Source: Sphingomonadales bacterium (GTDB lineage Bacteria; Pseudomonadota; Alphaproteobacteria; CAZZKF01). Taken from it: a DNA stretch of 64,000 nucleotides. Both the position numbers and the translations under genes were made by a program. The notes beneath the pieces were generated by a model. That model saw nothing but the letters and a program-made list of their open reading frames with translations, did no database searches and had not been told where the DNA came from. Positions 52,724 through 62,117 of this stretch are shown here, one piece after another. Position 1 is the stretch's first letter. Each line of letters opens with the position of its first letter. The DNA lies in NCBI GenBank assembly GCA_046756385.1, contig JBHHWG010000001.1:7272-71271 (forward strand). Direction: 5' to 3'.

Positions 52724-53686
52724 TCAGCCCGAATACCGGTGACGGCCCTTGATCATGCGCACGGTGCCGCTTGAAGAGCGCATGACCATGGTTTCGGTGG
52801 AGTAGCCGCCCGGGATCAGCTTGACGCCTTCGAGCATCGAGCCGTTGGTCACGCCTGTCGCGGCGAAGATGACGTCGCCTGACGCCATATCCTCAAGTTC
52901 ATATTTGCGGTCGAGGTCGGTGATGCCCCATTTGCGCGCCCGGGCCTTCTCGTCGTCGTTTCTAAACAATAGCCGGCCCTGGATCTGGCCGCCGATACAA
53001 CTCAGCGCCGCGGCCGCCAGCACCCCTTCCGGCGCGCCGCCCGAACCCATATAGATATCGATTCCGGTGGCCGAATCGGTCGTTGCGATCACCCCGGCGA
53101 TATCGCCATCGCCGATCAGCGTCACCCGGGCGCCGCATTCGCGGATTTCGCGGATCTTTTCGGCATGGCGCGGCCGGTCCAGCAGGCACGCCATGATCTC
53201 GGAGACCGGCACGCCCTTGGCCTCGGCCAGCGAGCGGATATTCTCCGCCGGCGAGCGGTCAAGGTCGACGATTCCCTTCTCATAGCCGCCGCCGATCGCA
53301 ATCTTGTCCATATAAACATCGGGCGCCTTGAGGAGTTTCCCGTCCTCGGCCAGCGCGATTACGGCCAGTGCATTGAGCATTGCCTTGGCGGTGATGGTGG
53401 TCCCTTCCAGCGGGTCCAGCGCGATATCGATTCTCGGTCCTCTCCCGGTGCCGACTTTTTCGCCGATATAAAGCATCGGGGCGGCATCCCGTTCGCCCTC
53501 GCCGATAACCACCGTGCCGTCGATATCGATCGAATTCAGGACTTTTCGCATGGCGTCGACCGCAGCCTGATCGGCCGCTTTTTCGTCTCCACGACCCACC
53601 AGCGCGGAGGCTGCCAGTGCCGCTGCTTCTGTTACCCGCGCCAGTTCGAGAACGAGAATGCGGTCGAGTGTTGCTTTTTGCGACAT
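52724..53686 (-). CDS. glpX: class II fructose-1,6-bisphosphatase
   Basis: 320 aa; GlpX family throughout. Confidence 0.9.
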   Translation of the reverse strand: MSQKATLDRILVLELARVTEAAALAASALVGRGDEKAADQAAVDAMRKVLNSIDIDGTVVIGEGERDAAPMLYIGEKVGTGRGPRIDIALDPLEGTTITAKAMLNALAVIALAEDGKLLKAPDVYMDKIAIGGGYEKGIVDLDRSPAENIRSLAEAKGVPVSEIMACLLDRPRHAEKIREIRECGARVTLIGDGDIAGVIATTDSATGIDIYMGSGGAPEGVLAAAALSCIGGQIQGRLLFRNDDEKARARKWGITDLDRKYELEDMASGDVIFAATGVTNGSMLEGVKLIPGGYSTETMVMRSSSGTVRMIKGRHRYSG

Positions 53687-53706
53687 GGATGGTCTTCCCC
53701 TATCGG

Positions 53707-54999
53707 TCAGAATTGTTCGATACGTAACATGGCCGGTGTCTCGGTCACAGTTTCGATCGCGGCGATCCGCTTGAGTGCCCGTTGCATCGCCGCCTCTTGA
53801 CAGTCATGAACCGTCAGGACCACGGAGACCACTTCATCCGGTGCGCGGCCACGCTGGATCAATGCCTCCATTGACACCTGCTCGTCCCGCAGCACCGCGC
53901 TTATGTCGGCGATTACACCCGGTCTGTCAACAACCTTCAAGCGCACGTAATAAGCGCCGACGTGACGCTCCATCGGCGAAGCCGGCATGTCCTCCAGATT
54001 CGCCGCCGGGACAGAGAACGCAGGCGCGCGCAGGCCCCGGGCGATATCGACCAGATCGGCGACCACCGCCGACGCCGTGGGGCCTTCGCCGGCCCCCCTG
54101 CCCTCGAACACCGTTTGATCGGCAAAGTCGCCTTGTGCGACGACCGCGTTGAACACACCGTCAACCTGGGCGATCGGGGCGTCGGCGCGGACCATGCAAG
54201 GATGGACCCGTTGTTCGAGCCCCGTCTCGGTCAGGCGGGCGATTCCAAGAAGCTTGATCCGATAGCCCAACTCCTCGGCGTATTCGATGTCCTCGGCGCA
54301 GAGATGGCTGACCCCTTCGGTATGAATGGCCTCGAAATTGACCCGCGTGCCAAACGCCACAGCCGCCAGAATCGCCAGCTTGTGGGCCGTGTCGATGCCG
54401 TCGATGTCGAAACTCGGGTCCGCTTCGGCATATCCGAGTTCCTGGGCTTCCAGCAGCACATCGTCAAAGTTTCGGCCGCTTCGCTCCATATCGGTGAGGA
54501 TATAGTTGCAGGTGCCGTTGAGGATGCCGTAAACGCGGGTAAGCCGATTTGCCGCGAGCCCTTCTCGCAATGCCTTGATAACCGGGATTCCACCAGCCAC
54601 GGCGGCCTCGAAATTAAGCGCGACACCGGCCCTTTCGGCGGCTTTGGCCAACTCGTTGCCGTGGCGGGCGATCAGCGCTTTATTGGCGGTCACGAATGCC
54701 TTGCCCGAGGCGAAGGTAGCGTCGGCCAGTCGCTTGGCGATGCCGTCCGCCCCCCCGATCAGTTCGACCACCACGTCCAGGTCACCATCGGCCGCCAATT
54801 GCACCGCGTCGTCGTGCCAACGGACCCCGGAGAGGTCGACACCGCGATCCAGGTTGCGCCTTCGTGCACTGACCGCGACGACCTCGATCCTCCGGCCGCA
54901 GCGCTTCGCCAGTAAATCGCGATGACTGCCCAGCACCTTCAGGACGCCGGCGCCGACAGTGCCTAAGCCGGCAACACCTACTCTAAGTGGATTGTTCAA
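53707..54999 (-). CDS. hom: homoserine dehydrogenase
   Basis: 430 aa; NAD-binding GLGTVG and a C-terminal ACT domain. Confidence 0.9.
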   Translation of the reverse strand: MNNPLRVGVAGLGTVGAGVLKVLGSHRDLLAKRCGRRIEVVAVSARRRNLDRGVDLSGVRWHDDAVQLAADGDLDVVVELIGGADGIAKRLADATFASGKAFVTANKALIARHGNELAKAAERAGVALNFEAAVAGGIPVIKALREGLAANRLTRVYGILNGTCNYILTDMERSGRNFDDVLLEAQELGYAEADPSFDIDGIDTAHKLAILAAVAFGTRVNFEAIHTEGVSHLCAEDIEYAEELGYRIKLLGIARLTETGLEQRVHPCMVRADAPIAQVDGVFNAVVAQGDFADQTVFEGRGAGEGPTASAVVADLVDIARGLRAPAFSVPAANLEDMPASPMERHVGAYYVRLKVVDRPGVIADISAVLRDEQVSMEALIQRGRAPDEVVSVVLTVHDCQEAAMQRALKRIAAIETVTETPAMLRIEQF

Positions 55000-55091
55000 C
55001 GCGTAATTATCCCGTATTCGGTTCCATACTCGGAAGCTAACCTAGCACAATGCAAGGGCTGTTCGGGTTAAAAGATGATAAGAGCAGGCGG

Positions 55092-55637
55092 TTAATCGCC
55101 GTCCTGGAGATAGGACTGAGCGAGCTTGGCGTAATTGGCCACGGCCACCGGGATATTCGCCATTTCTTCGTCGGTCATATCGCGAAGAAAACGTGCCGGC
55201 CTGCCAGCCCACAGTTGCCCTCGCGGCACTCGCTTGCCTGGGGTGACAAGGGCCCCGGCCGCCACCATGGCGCCGCTTTCAACCACCACGCCGTCCATCA
55301 AGGTGGCCTGCATGCCGATGAAGCAGCCATCCTCGAGGATGCAGCCATGAATCAGGCAGCTATGGCCGATAAGTATGTTATTTCCGATCGTTGTCCCAAA
55401 TTGTTCATGTGTTACATGAACGACTGTTCCGTCCTGAATATTGGTTCCGGCGCCGACCCGGATGGAATGCACATCGCCGCGCAGGACGCAGTTGAACCAA
55501 ATGCTGGCCTCGTCCCCAATCTCGACATCGCCGATGATTTTGGCGCCGGGAGCGATGAAGGCGTCGTGCCCGATTTGCGGCATTTTGCCCTGATAGGGAA
55601 ACAGCAGGCCACCGCCGGCATGTCGCGTGCTTTTCAC
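55092..55637 (-). CDS. gamma-carbonic-anhydrase family hexapeptide-repeat protein
   Basis: 181 aa left-handed beta-helix of the YrdA/CaiE type, with His ligands in the gamma-CA pattern. Confidence 0.75.
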   Translation of the reverse strand: MKSTRHAGGGLLFPYQGKMPQIGHDAFIAPGAKIIGDVEIGDEASIWFNCVLRGDVHSIRVGAGTNIQDGTVVHVTHEQFGTTIGNNILIGHSCLIHGCILEDGCFIGMQATLMDGVVVESGAMVAAGALVTPGKRVPRGQLWAGRPARFLRDMTDEEMANIPVAVANYAKLAQSYLQDGD

Positions 55638-55647
55638 GTCTATTTAC

Positions 55648-56769
55648 TCACAAAAACAAGGGTTGATGGTCGAGCCCGGTGGTCTCGGGCAGTCCGAGAA
55701 TCAGGTTCATGTTCTGGATCGCCTGCCCGGCCGCGCCTTTGACCAGATTGTCGATCACCGAGACAATGACCGCGGTTCCATCGCGTCGGCCCGCAAAGAC
55801 ATTGATGAGGCATCGGTTGGCGCCCCTGACCTGCCGGGTATCCGGCACCACACCCTCGGGCAACAACTGAACAAAAGGTTCGTCGCGATAGCTATCGTCG
55901 AGCGCGTCGCGCAGCTGCGCCATTGTGGCGCCTTCGGTCAGCTGGACATAAATCGTTTCAAGAATGCCACGGTTCATGGGCACGAGATGAGGTGTGAAAC
56001 TTACGGCGACCTCAGCGCCCGCGGCAGCCGTCAGTTCCTGCTCGATCTCTGGCGTGTGGCGATGTCCCTGAAGGCCATAAGCGCGTATGCCCTCGCTCAC
56101 CTCGGCAAACAGGTTGGCTTCCCTGGCCGCCCTTCCCGCCCCGCTGACACCGGACTTGGCGTCGATAACGATATTTTGCGGCGCCACGAGGTCAGCGGCC
56201 AGCAGCGGAATAAGAGGAAGCAGCGCGGTGGTCGGGTAACAACCCGGATTGGCGACCAGGCTGGCTTCGGCGATGGCTTCCCTGTTGATTTCACTTAGTC
56301 CGTACACCGCGATATTTTGCAGTTCCGGCGCACGATGATCTTCACCATACCACTGCTTGTAGACCGCTGGATCACCTAGCCTGAAATCCGCCGACAGATC
56401 GATCACCTTGACCGGCCTGGCGATGCTGGCAATGAGATCCTCGGTGGTTTCAACGATCATCTCGTCGACAAAGCTGTGGCCGGACGCGTGGAACAGGCCA
56501 CGCACGATTGTTTGAGTGGTGGCATGGGGCAGCGCGCAGAACACTACATCGACATCGAGTCCCGCCCATTCGACCTCATCAAGAGCCATCAGTTGCGGCA
56601 GGTCGTCCGAACCGAGGCCTGGAAACACCGCGCCCAGGGGCTTGCCGGCCTGGCGTTCCGCCGTTAACAGGACAATATCCGCCGCCGGGTGATGGCTCAG
56701 CAGCCGCACAAGTTCCCCGCCGGCATAGCCGCTTGCGCCGAGGATTGCGATTCTCGTTTTATCCATCAT
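55648..56769 (-). CDS. argC: N-acetyl-gamma-glutamyl-phosphate reductase
   Basis: 373 aa with the IAILGASGYAGGEL Rossmann motif and a catalytic Cys region. Confidence 0.9.
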   Translation of the reverse strand: MMDKTRIAILGASGYAGGELVRLLSHHPAADIVLLTAERQAGKPLGAVFPGLGSDDLPQLMALDEVEWAGLDVDVVFCALPHATTQTIVRGLFHASGHSFVDEMIVETTEDLIASIARPVKVIDLSADFRLGDPAVYKQWYGEDHRAPELQNIAVYGLSEINREAIAEASLVANPGCYPTTALLPLIPLLAADLVAPQNIVIDAKSGVSGAGRAAREANLFAEVSEGIRAYGLQGHRHTPEIEQELTAAAGAEVAVSFTPHLVPMNRGILETIYVQLTEGATMAQLRDALDDSYRDEPFVQLLPEGVVPDTRQVRGANRCLINVFAGRRDGTAVIVSVIDNLVKGAAGQAIQNMNLILGLPETTGLDHQPLFL

Positions 56770-56985
56770 GCTATCTGGCCAATTTTCCTAAACTCGTATC
56801 ATTAAAACAAAAATTAGTGCTCTTAAAAAGATCGATGCCCTAAATTCGCTAATAATTCGATCAGCTTTTCGGTATTGTATAACCGCATGCGCCGAGGCTT
56901 CTCAAGGCGTCTTCCCACAGGAAAGCAGCGGTCGATTACGGAAAATGGCTTCCGCCAAAGCGATTCGAGACAGGAGGTTTCACCA

Positions 56986-58146
56986 ATGAGCATGATCAGG
57001 GACCCAAGGCTGGCCGCCGCGCTGACCGATGAGGAATTGGCGTGGCTGAAGTTCATTTGCCCGGTGACGGAGCATTATGGACGCGCGGTCCGGGCGCTTG
57101 ATTTGCAAGGCCTGACGCTAGCCTGTTGGCAACACGTATTGCCCGACACGGTTCTGTCTTTAATGCCCTTTGTGGAGGCCGGTGCGCGGGTGCGCCTTGG
57201 CGCCTGCAGTCCGGACAGCACCGATGACCGGGTTGCGGCCTGGCTGGCCAAAAACGGTGTCGAGGTGTTTGCCAAGAGCGGCATGACCGATGCCGAATAT
57301 CGCGCCAACCTGGCGGAAATGGCATCCGGTCCGGTGGATATTATTTGCGACATGGGCGGCGAATTGATCGAAGCGATCGCCAACGAGGGTCACACGGTTT
57401 TGGGCGCGCTGGAGGCAACCACCACCGGAGTTCACCGCATCAAGGATCGCGCCCTGCCGTTCCCGACCTTTAACTGGAACGACATCGTGCTCAAGGATGC
57501 GCTCCATAATCGCTACCATGTCGGCGATACCGTGTGGCCGGTGTTTTCCGCCCTCACCAACATGTCGCTTTATGGCCGATCGATCCTGATCATCGGCTTT
57601 GGCCCGGTCGGGCGTGGCATGGCCGAGCGCGCGCGGGCGATCGGCGGAGTCGTGTCGGTGGTGGAGCGCGACCCGGTGCGCCGTCTGGAGGCCCAGCATT
57701 TCGGATGCCGACCGGTCACGTTGGAGGACGGTCTGGCAAGCAACAGCATCATCGTCACTGCCACCGGGATACCAGGCATACTGACCGGCGAAAAGCTGTC
57801 GCTCGTTCGTGACGGGGCAATTCTGGTTAATGTCGGCCACGGTAACCGCGAGATCGATGTCAACTGGCTTGAGCGGCACCCGAAGACCGTCATGAAACGC
57901 CATGTCGAGCGGTTCGATATTTCCGGCAAGAGACTTTATCTGCTTAACCGGGGCAGCCTGCTCAATCTGGCGGCGGGCTCGGGCCGCTACGGCTCCGACT
58001 GCTTCGATCCCTACAACGCGGTGATGCTGAGCGGCCTGAGCTGGATCGGACAAGGCGGCGCGGCGAGCCATGAGCCGGGCTTCCATCCCTTCCCAAGGGA
58101 ACTGGAACTGGAAATCGCCGAGTTGACCGCGCAAAGCCGGGGGTGA
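56986..58146 (+). CDS. adenosylhomocysteinase-like (SAHH-fold) NAD-binding protein with non-canonical active site
   Basis: ATG at 56986 follows AGGAGG with an 8-nt spacing; 386 aa. Aligns to SAHH across both the substrate and NAD domains (TTTGVHR, GFGPVGRG, VERDP, NVGH). The human-numbering catalytic residues D131, E156, K186, D190 and H353 read M, A, A, H and R. The C-terminal NAD-capping tail is absent. Confidence 0.7.
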   Translation: MSMIRDPRLAAALTDEELAWLKFICPVTEHYGRAVRALDLQGLTLACWQHVLPDTVLSLMPFVEAGARVRLGACSPDSTDDRVAAWLAKNGVEVFAKSGMTDAEYRANLAEMASGPVDIICDMGGELIEAIANEGHTVLGALEATTTGVHRIKDRALPFPTFNWNDIVLKDALHNRYHVGDTVWPVFSALTNMSLYGRSILIIGFGPVGRGMAERARAIGGVVSVVERDPVRRLEAQHFGCRPVTLEDGLASNSIIVTATGIPGILTGEKLSLVRDGAILVNVGHGNREIDVNWLERHPKTVMKRHVERFDISGKRLYLLNRGSLLNLAAGSGRYGSDCFDPYNAVMLSGLSWIGQGGAASHEPGFHPFPRELELEIAELTAQSRG

Positions 58147-58184
58147 CCGCCCCCTCGTCCCGTATCACGCTTCAATATTTACAC

Positions 58185-58204
58185 CGTACGCTTCACGTAC
58201 TACA
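58185..58204 (+). promoter_or_regulatory. putative higBA promoter/operator
   Basis: Palindrome GTACGcttcaCGTAC (overlapping an ACGCTTCA direct repeat) abuts a TACAAT -10 element about 10 nt before higB. Confidence 0.35.
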
Positions 58205-58212
58205 ATGCTGCG

Positions 58213-58506
58213 ATGATTGTAAGTTTTGCGGACACTGACACCCGTACGCTCTATGAAAGCGCGGTGTGTCATAGGCGCTGGAAGTCATTTAAAAAGGTGG
58301 CGCTTCGCAAGCTGGATATGATCGATTATGCCGCCGACCTTCGTGATTTAAGATCGCCGCCTGGTAACCGGCTTGAAAACTCAAGGGGGACCGCAGGAGG
58401 CAATACAGCATCCGCATTAACGACCAGTGGCGGAGATGTTTTACATGGAAAGATGGCAACGCTCACGATGTCGAAATTACGGATTATCATGACTGGGGAT
58501 ACCTAA
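58213..58506 (+). pseudogene. higB: higB (RelE/ParE-superfamily toxin) disrupted by a frameshift
   Basis: The N-terminal 55 aa (MIVSFADTD...VALRKLDMIDYAADLRDLRSPPGNRLE) match HigB. The conserved C-terminal half (KLKGDRRRQYSIRINDQWRRCFTWKDGNAHDVEITDYH) is encoded in the -1 frame, starting at an A4 run near 58376-58379. Confidence 0.65.
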
Positions 58507-58508
58507 CC

Positions 58509-58787
58509 ATGCTTCGTCTACAAACCCACCCGGGAGAAATTCTCCGAGAGGAATATTTGCTCCCTCTGGGCCTGTCCGCCAATGTGCTCGCCGGCGAGCT
58601 TGGCGTGCCCGCAAACCGTATAAGTCTTCTTGTGCGGGAAAAGCGTTCAATAACCGCCGACACGGCTCTGCGGCTTGCTAAGCGATTTAAAACAACGCCC
58701 GAATTTTGGATGAATGCACAGTCCAACTATGACCTTTCGGCGACCCGCATGAAGGCGACAGAGGAACAAAAATTGGCGTATGCCTAA
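58509..58787 (+). CDS. higA: HigA antitoxin (XRE-family HTH)
   Basis: 92 aa beginning MLRLQTHPGEILREEYL, with an HTH (LSANVLAGELGVPANRISLLV). Confidence 0.8.
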   Translation: MLRLQTHPGEILREEYLLPLGLSANVLAGELGVPANRISLLVREKRSITADTALRLAKRFKTTPEFWMNAQSNYDLSATRMKATEEQKLAYA

Positions 58788-58904
58788 TTGGGTATCAGTC
58801 ACGCGCCAGGGCCGCAACATGTACGGGCGCATGCCGATTCGGGTGTTCAAGGCATGCCTCCCGGACCGGAAATCACCACAGAAAAACACCAAGGGGGACA
58901 GCAT

Positions 58905-58940
58905 GAAAAAGGCCGCCCCACAAGGGAACGGCCTTTCCTG
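58905..58940 (-). terminator. intrinsic terminator after rpsI (minus strand)
   Basis: AAAGGCCG/CGGCCTTT stem with an inner CCC/GGG pair, followed by TTTTTCAT on the minus strand. Confidence 0.5.
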
Positions 58941-58965
58941 AGATCGTCGCCTTTTGAAGCGCGAA

Positions 58966-59451
58966 TTACCGCTTCGAGAACTGGAAGCTACGCCGCGCCT
59001 TGCGTCTGCCGTATTTCTTACGCTCGACCACACGGGCGTCGCGGGTCAGGAAGCCGCCCGATTTCAGGGCTGGCCGCAGCCCCGGTTCGAACAGGCTCAG
59101 CGCCTTGCTGATGCCGTGGCGGACCGCGCCGGCTTGCCCCGACAGACCGCCGCCCTTGACCGTGCACCAAACGTCGTAATGGTCCTTGCGGCCGGTCACG
59201 TCGAACGGCTGGGCGATAATCATGCGCAGCACCGGGCGGGCGAAATAGGTATCCTGGTCGCGGCCGTTGACCACGACTTTGCCGTTTCCGGGCTTGATCC
59301 ACACCCGGGCAACCGCGTTTTTACGTTTGCCGGTAGCGTATGAGCGCCCCTGGGCGTCAATTTTCGGCTCCACAACCTCGGGCGTCTCGGCCTCCGCGAC
59401 GGTACCCGCGAGATCCTTGAGATCCTTAAGCGTTTGGGTCTCTTCGGCCAT
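58966..59451 (-). CDS. rpsI: 30S ribosomal protein S9
   Basis: 161 aa with the C-terminal [18 protein letters not shown]. Confidence 0.95.
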   Translation of the reverse strand: MAEETQTLKDLKDLAGTVAEAETPEVVEPKIDAQGRSYATGKRKNAVARVWIKPGNGKVVVNGRDQDTYFARPVLRMIIAQPFDVTGRKDHYDVWCTVKGGGLSGQAGAVRHGISKALSLFEPGLRPALKSGGFLTRDARVVERKKYGRRKARRSFQFSKR

Positions 59452-59453
59452 GG

Positions 59454-59918
59454 TCAGGCACTCCTCTTATTCTTGGGGTTCAACGCCGCGACATCGAGCA
59501 CCTCGGGCTGCTGAGGCCCATGAGGATGATCGGAAGTGGCGTAAACGCGCAGATTGCTGAACTGCTGACGGCCCAGCGGCCCGCGCGGGATCATCCGCTG
59601 CACGGCCTTGAGCACCACACGCTCGGGATGCTTGCCGTCGAGAATTTGGCCGGCGGTTGCCTGGCGAATGCCACCCGGATAGCCGGTGTGGCGGTAGTAA
59701 ACCTTGTCGGACCGTTTGCGGCCGGTGAGGCGCACCTTGTCGGCGTTGATCACAATGACATTATCGCCGCAGTCGATGTGCGGCGTGTAGGTTGGCTTGT
59801 GCTTGCCGCGCAACAGATTGGCGACGATGGCGGCGAGCCGCCCCAGCACCAGGCCGTCGGCGTCGATCAGCAGCCATTTTTTCTCCACGTCGGAGGGTTT
59901 GGCCGAATAAGTCTTCAT
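59454..59918 (-). CDS. rplM: 50S ribosomal protein L13
   Basis: Start at [20 protein letters not shown]; about 154 aa. Confidence 0.95.
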   Translation of the reverse strand: MKTYSAKPSDVEKKWLLIDADGLVLGRLAAIVANLLRGKHKPTYTPHIDCGDNVIVINADKVRLTGRKRSDKVYYRHTGYPGGIRQATAGQILDGKHPERVVLKAVQRMIPRGPLGRQQFSNLRVYATSDHPHGPQQPEVLDVAALNPKNKRSA

Positions 59919-60059
59919 CATTTGCTCCATGATCGGGCATCGCGCGGCCGTACAACGGGTGCCGACAGCCCTTCGAAGGCGCGGATTATGTCACAGAAAA
60001 TTTCAGTGTCAATCGTAAATCGCCGAAAATACGATGCATTTTCAGGCGCTTATTATAAC

Positions 60060-60073
60060 GGTAATATATTACC
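60060..60073. promoter_or_regulatory. perfect 14-bp palindrome upstream of rplM-rpsI
   Basis: GGTAATATATTACC. A second inverted repeat GAAAATacgatgcATTTTC lies at about 60023-60045. Confidence 0.35.
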
Positions 60074-60154
60074 GCTACTTTGGGCAACAGCCTGCATACC
60101 CCGGCGGGCAATCATCCGGGCGGCCGGCTGTCAGGCCGACCGCCCGGCATTAAA

Positions 60155-60526
60155 TTAAACGGGTTGAAGGGCCTCAGTCTGGTCCCCCCGAACGCCGCGC
60201 CGGCGCTTCTTGCGGATATGCACCCGCAGTTGCCTGAGCGCCGCCTGGAACGAATCGCGGATCGCCACATAAACATCTTCATGAGCGTGATTTTGATTCT
60301 CGCTCTTATTGACGACGATTTCACCGCCGTCGACCAACGGGAGATAGATATGGGCCTCGAATAGCCGACCCTTGTGCTGACTGCGATGGGGTTCGCAGAT
60401 CACCACCCGGCAATTGGTGATCCAATCACTGTAGCGGTCGAAGCGGCTTACTTCGTCTTTGATGCGGGATTCTACGGCGGGGGAAGGAGGAAAATCTTGA
60501 AACACTAGCTGAAAGGCTACGGCCAT
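60155..60526 (-). CDS. hpf: ribosome hibernation promoting factor / RaiA family protein (short form)
   Basis: 123 aa aligning to E. coli HPF/YfiA (FDRYSDWITNCRVVI, VDGGEIVV, EDVYVAIRDSFQAALRQL), with a basic C-terminal tail. Confidence 0.6.
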   Translation of the reverse strand: MAVAFQLVFQDFPPSPAVESRIKDEVSRFDRYSDWITNCRVVICEPHRSQHKGRLFEAHIYLPLVDGGEIVVNKSENQNHAHEDVYVAIRDSFQAALRQLRVHIRKKRRRGVRGDQTEALQPV

Positions 60527-60664
60527 GAACCAACTCCGTTCTAACCAAGACTACGACATCATGGTACCGGCGAATCGGGAAAAAGTCGAGAAGATTGCCG
60601 GTTCCAATCAAAGTGTGGCCCCTGCCCTTGGGCCAGGCTTTGACATCGGTCAATGACAAGGAAG

Positions 60665-61003
60665 CTACTTTGGGGTATTGCTGGCCCCGGTTTCGCTACC
60701 GAGCCACTCCAGATAATCCGGATTGCCGGCCACGATCGGCCAGGCGACGATGCACGGGCAGCTATAGCTGTGGAGCTCGCGAACCCGCTCTATCACCTGG
60801 TCGACAAGTTCGGCGCGGGTCTTGACCAGCACGGCGACTTCCCGGTCCTCGCAAAGCGCGCCTTCCCACCGATATATGGAGGTCATTGGACTCAGGATAT
60901 TGACGCAGGCCGCCAGATTGCTGGCCACGAGGTTTTTGGCGATGCGCGTGGCTTCGTCGGTCTCGTGGCTTACGGTTATGTACACCGAGCTGAAACCGGT
61001 CAT
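60665..61003 (-). CDS. cutA: divalent-cation tolerance protein CutA
   Basis: 112 aa from an internal ATG after a GGAGAGG RBS (LAACVNI, SIYRWEG, ELHSYSCPCIVA). ATGA overlap with the ctaA stop. The longer 183-aa ORF 5' part overlaps ctaA and is non-coding for cutA. Confidence 0.85.
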   Translation of the reverse strand: MTGFSSVYITVSHETDEATRIAKNLVASNLAACVNILSPMTSIYRWEGALCEDREVAVLVKTRAELVDQVIERVRELHSYSCPCIVAWPIVAGNPDYLEWLGSETGASNTPK

Positions 61004-62049
61004 GGGTTGCCCTCTCCTTTCAAATGGAAAACGGTGAACAACGCCGCCGTGAACACCAGCAAAGCGCCGCCCTGATGGGCCAGGCCGAGCGCCACCGGTA
61101 CAGCGTTTACAAGCGTAATCACCCCTAACGCCGCCTGTCCCAACGCCAGCAGTGCCACCAGCCCCGGCCCAGGTCCGGCTGACCGCGGCTTTGACCCTCG
61201 GCGCGCCCGCCACCAAAGCGCCACCGCAAGGATGACCGTCAGATAGCCAAGCATCCGGTGCATGAACTGCACGGCGAGGATATTCTCAAATATACCGGTT
61301 CCCGGCGGAGCGCCATCCAGCAGGCCGGTCGGAATCAGGGCGCCGTCGATCAGCGGCCATGTGTTGTAGGCGTGCCCGGCATTGAGCCCCGCGACCAGCC
61401 CGCCCGACAAAATCTGTAGAAACACCGCGCTTGCGACAAGCCAGGCATGGCCCCTGAGATATTCCGTTCCGCGCGGTTTGAGATTGACCAAAAGGCCCAA
61501 CGCGACCCAGAAGATATAGCCAAGGATAGCGACCGCCAGACCGAGATGGGCGGTCAATCGATAGGGGCTGACGTCGGGCCGGTCGACCAGGCCGCTTTTG
61601 ACCATGAACCAGCCCAGCCCGCCCTGGACCGCGCCCAGAATGAACATCAGCGCCAGCTTCGGCCGCAGCGCGGGCGAAATTCGTTTGGTCACCGTGAAAA
61701 TCAGGAACGGGATCAGGAATGCCAGACCGATCAGCCGCCCCAACATGCGGTGCGCATATTCAACCAGATAAATCGCCTTGAAGGCCGCTACGTCCATCCA
61801 GCTATTGAGTTTCTGAAATTCCGGGAATTGCTGATAACGGGCGAATTCGGCTTGCCACGCTTCGGCGTCAAGCGGCGGCAAGAGCCCGGTCACCGGCCGC
61901 CAGTCGGTCATCGACAGCCCGGATTCTCTTAGCCGCGTATAGCCGCCCAGCAGCACCATGGCGAAAATCAGACCACACAGGAACAACAGCCAGATCGCGA
62001 CCGGCCGGCTGGCTGAAGGGTCGTTTTTTCCGTCTCGTTTTTCCAGCAC
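61000..62049 (-). CDS. ctaA: heme A synthase (COX15/CtaA family)
   Basis: 349 aa; 8 TM helices with conserved His pairs in the type-2 CtaA pattern. Confidence 0.8.
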   Translation of the reverse strand: MLEKRDGKNDPSASRPVAIWLLFLCGLIFAMVLLGGYTRLRESGLSMTDWRPVTGLLPPLDAEAWQAEFARYQQFPEFQKLNSWMDVAAFKAIYLVEYAHRMLGRLIGLAFLIPFLIFTVTKRISPALRPKLALMFILGAVQGGLGWFMVKSGLVDRPDVSPYRLTAHLGLAVAILGYIFWVALGLLVNLKPRGTEYLRGHAWLVASAVFLQILSGGLVAGLNAGHAYNTWPLIDGALIPTGLLDGAPPGTGIFENILAVQFMHRMLGYLTVILAVALWWRARRGSKPRSAGPGPGLVALLALGQAALGVITLVNAVPVALGLAHQGGALLVFTAALFTVFHLKGEGNP

Positions 62050-62117
62050 TATCCGCTCCCGTCACGGCCAGAGTGAGCGGGCAGCTTAACGGGCTTCACC
62101 CGGCCTGACTAGTGGGC

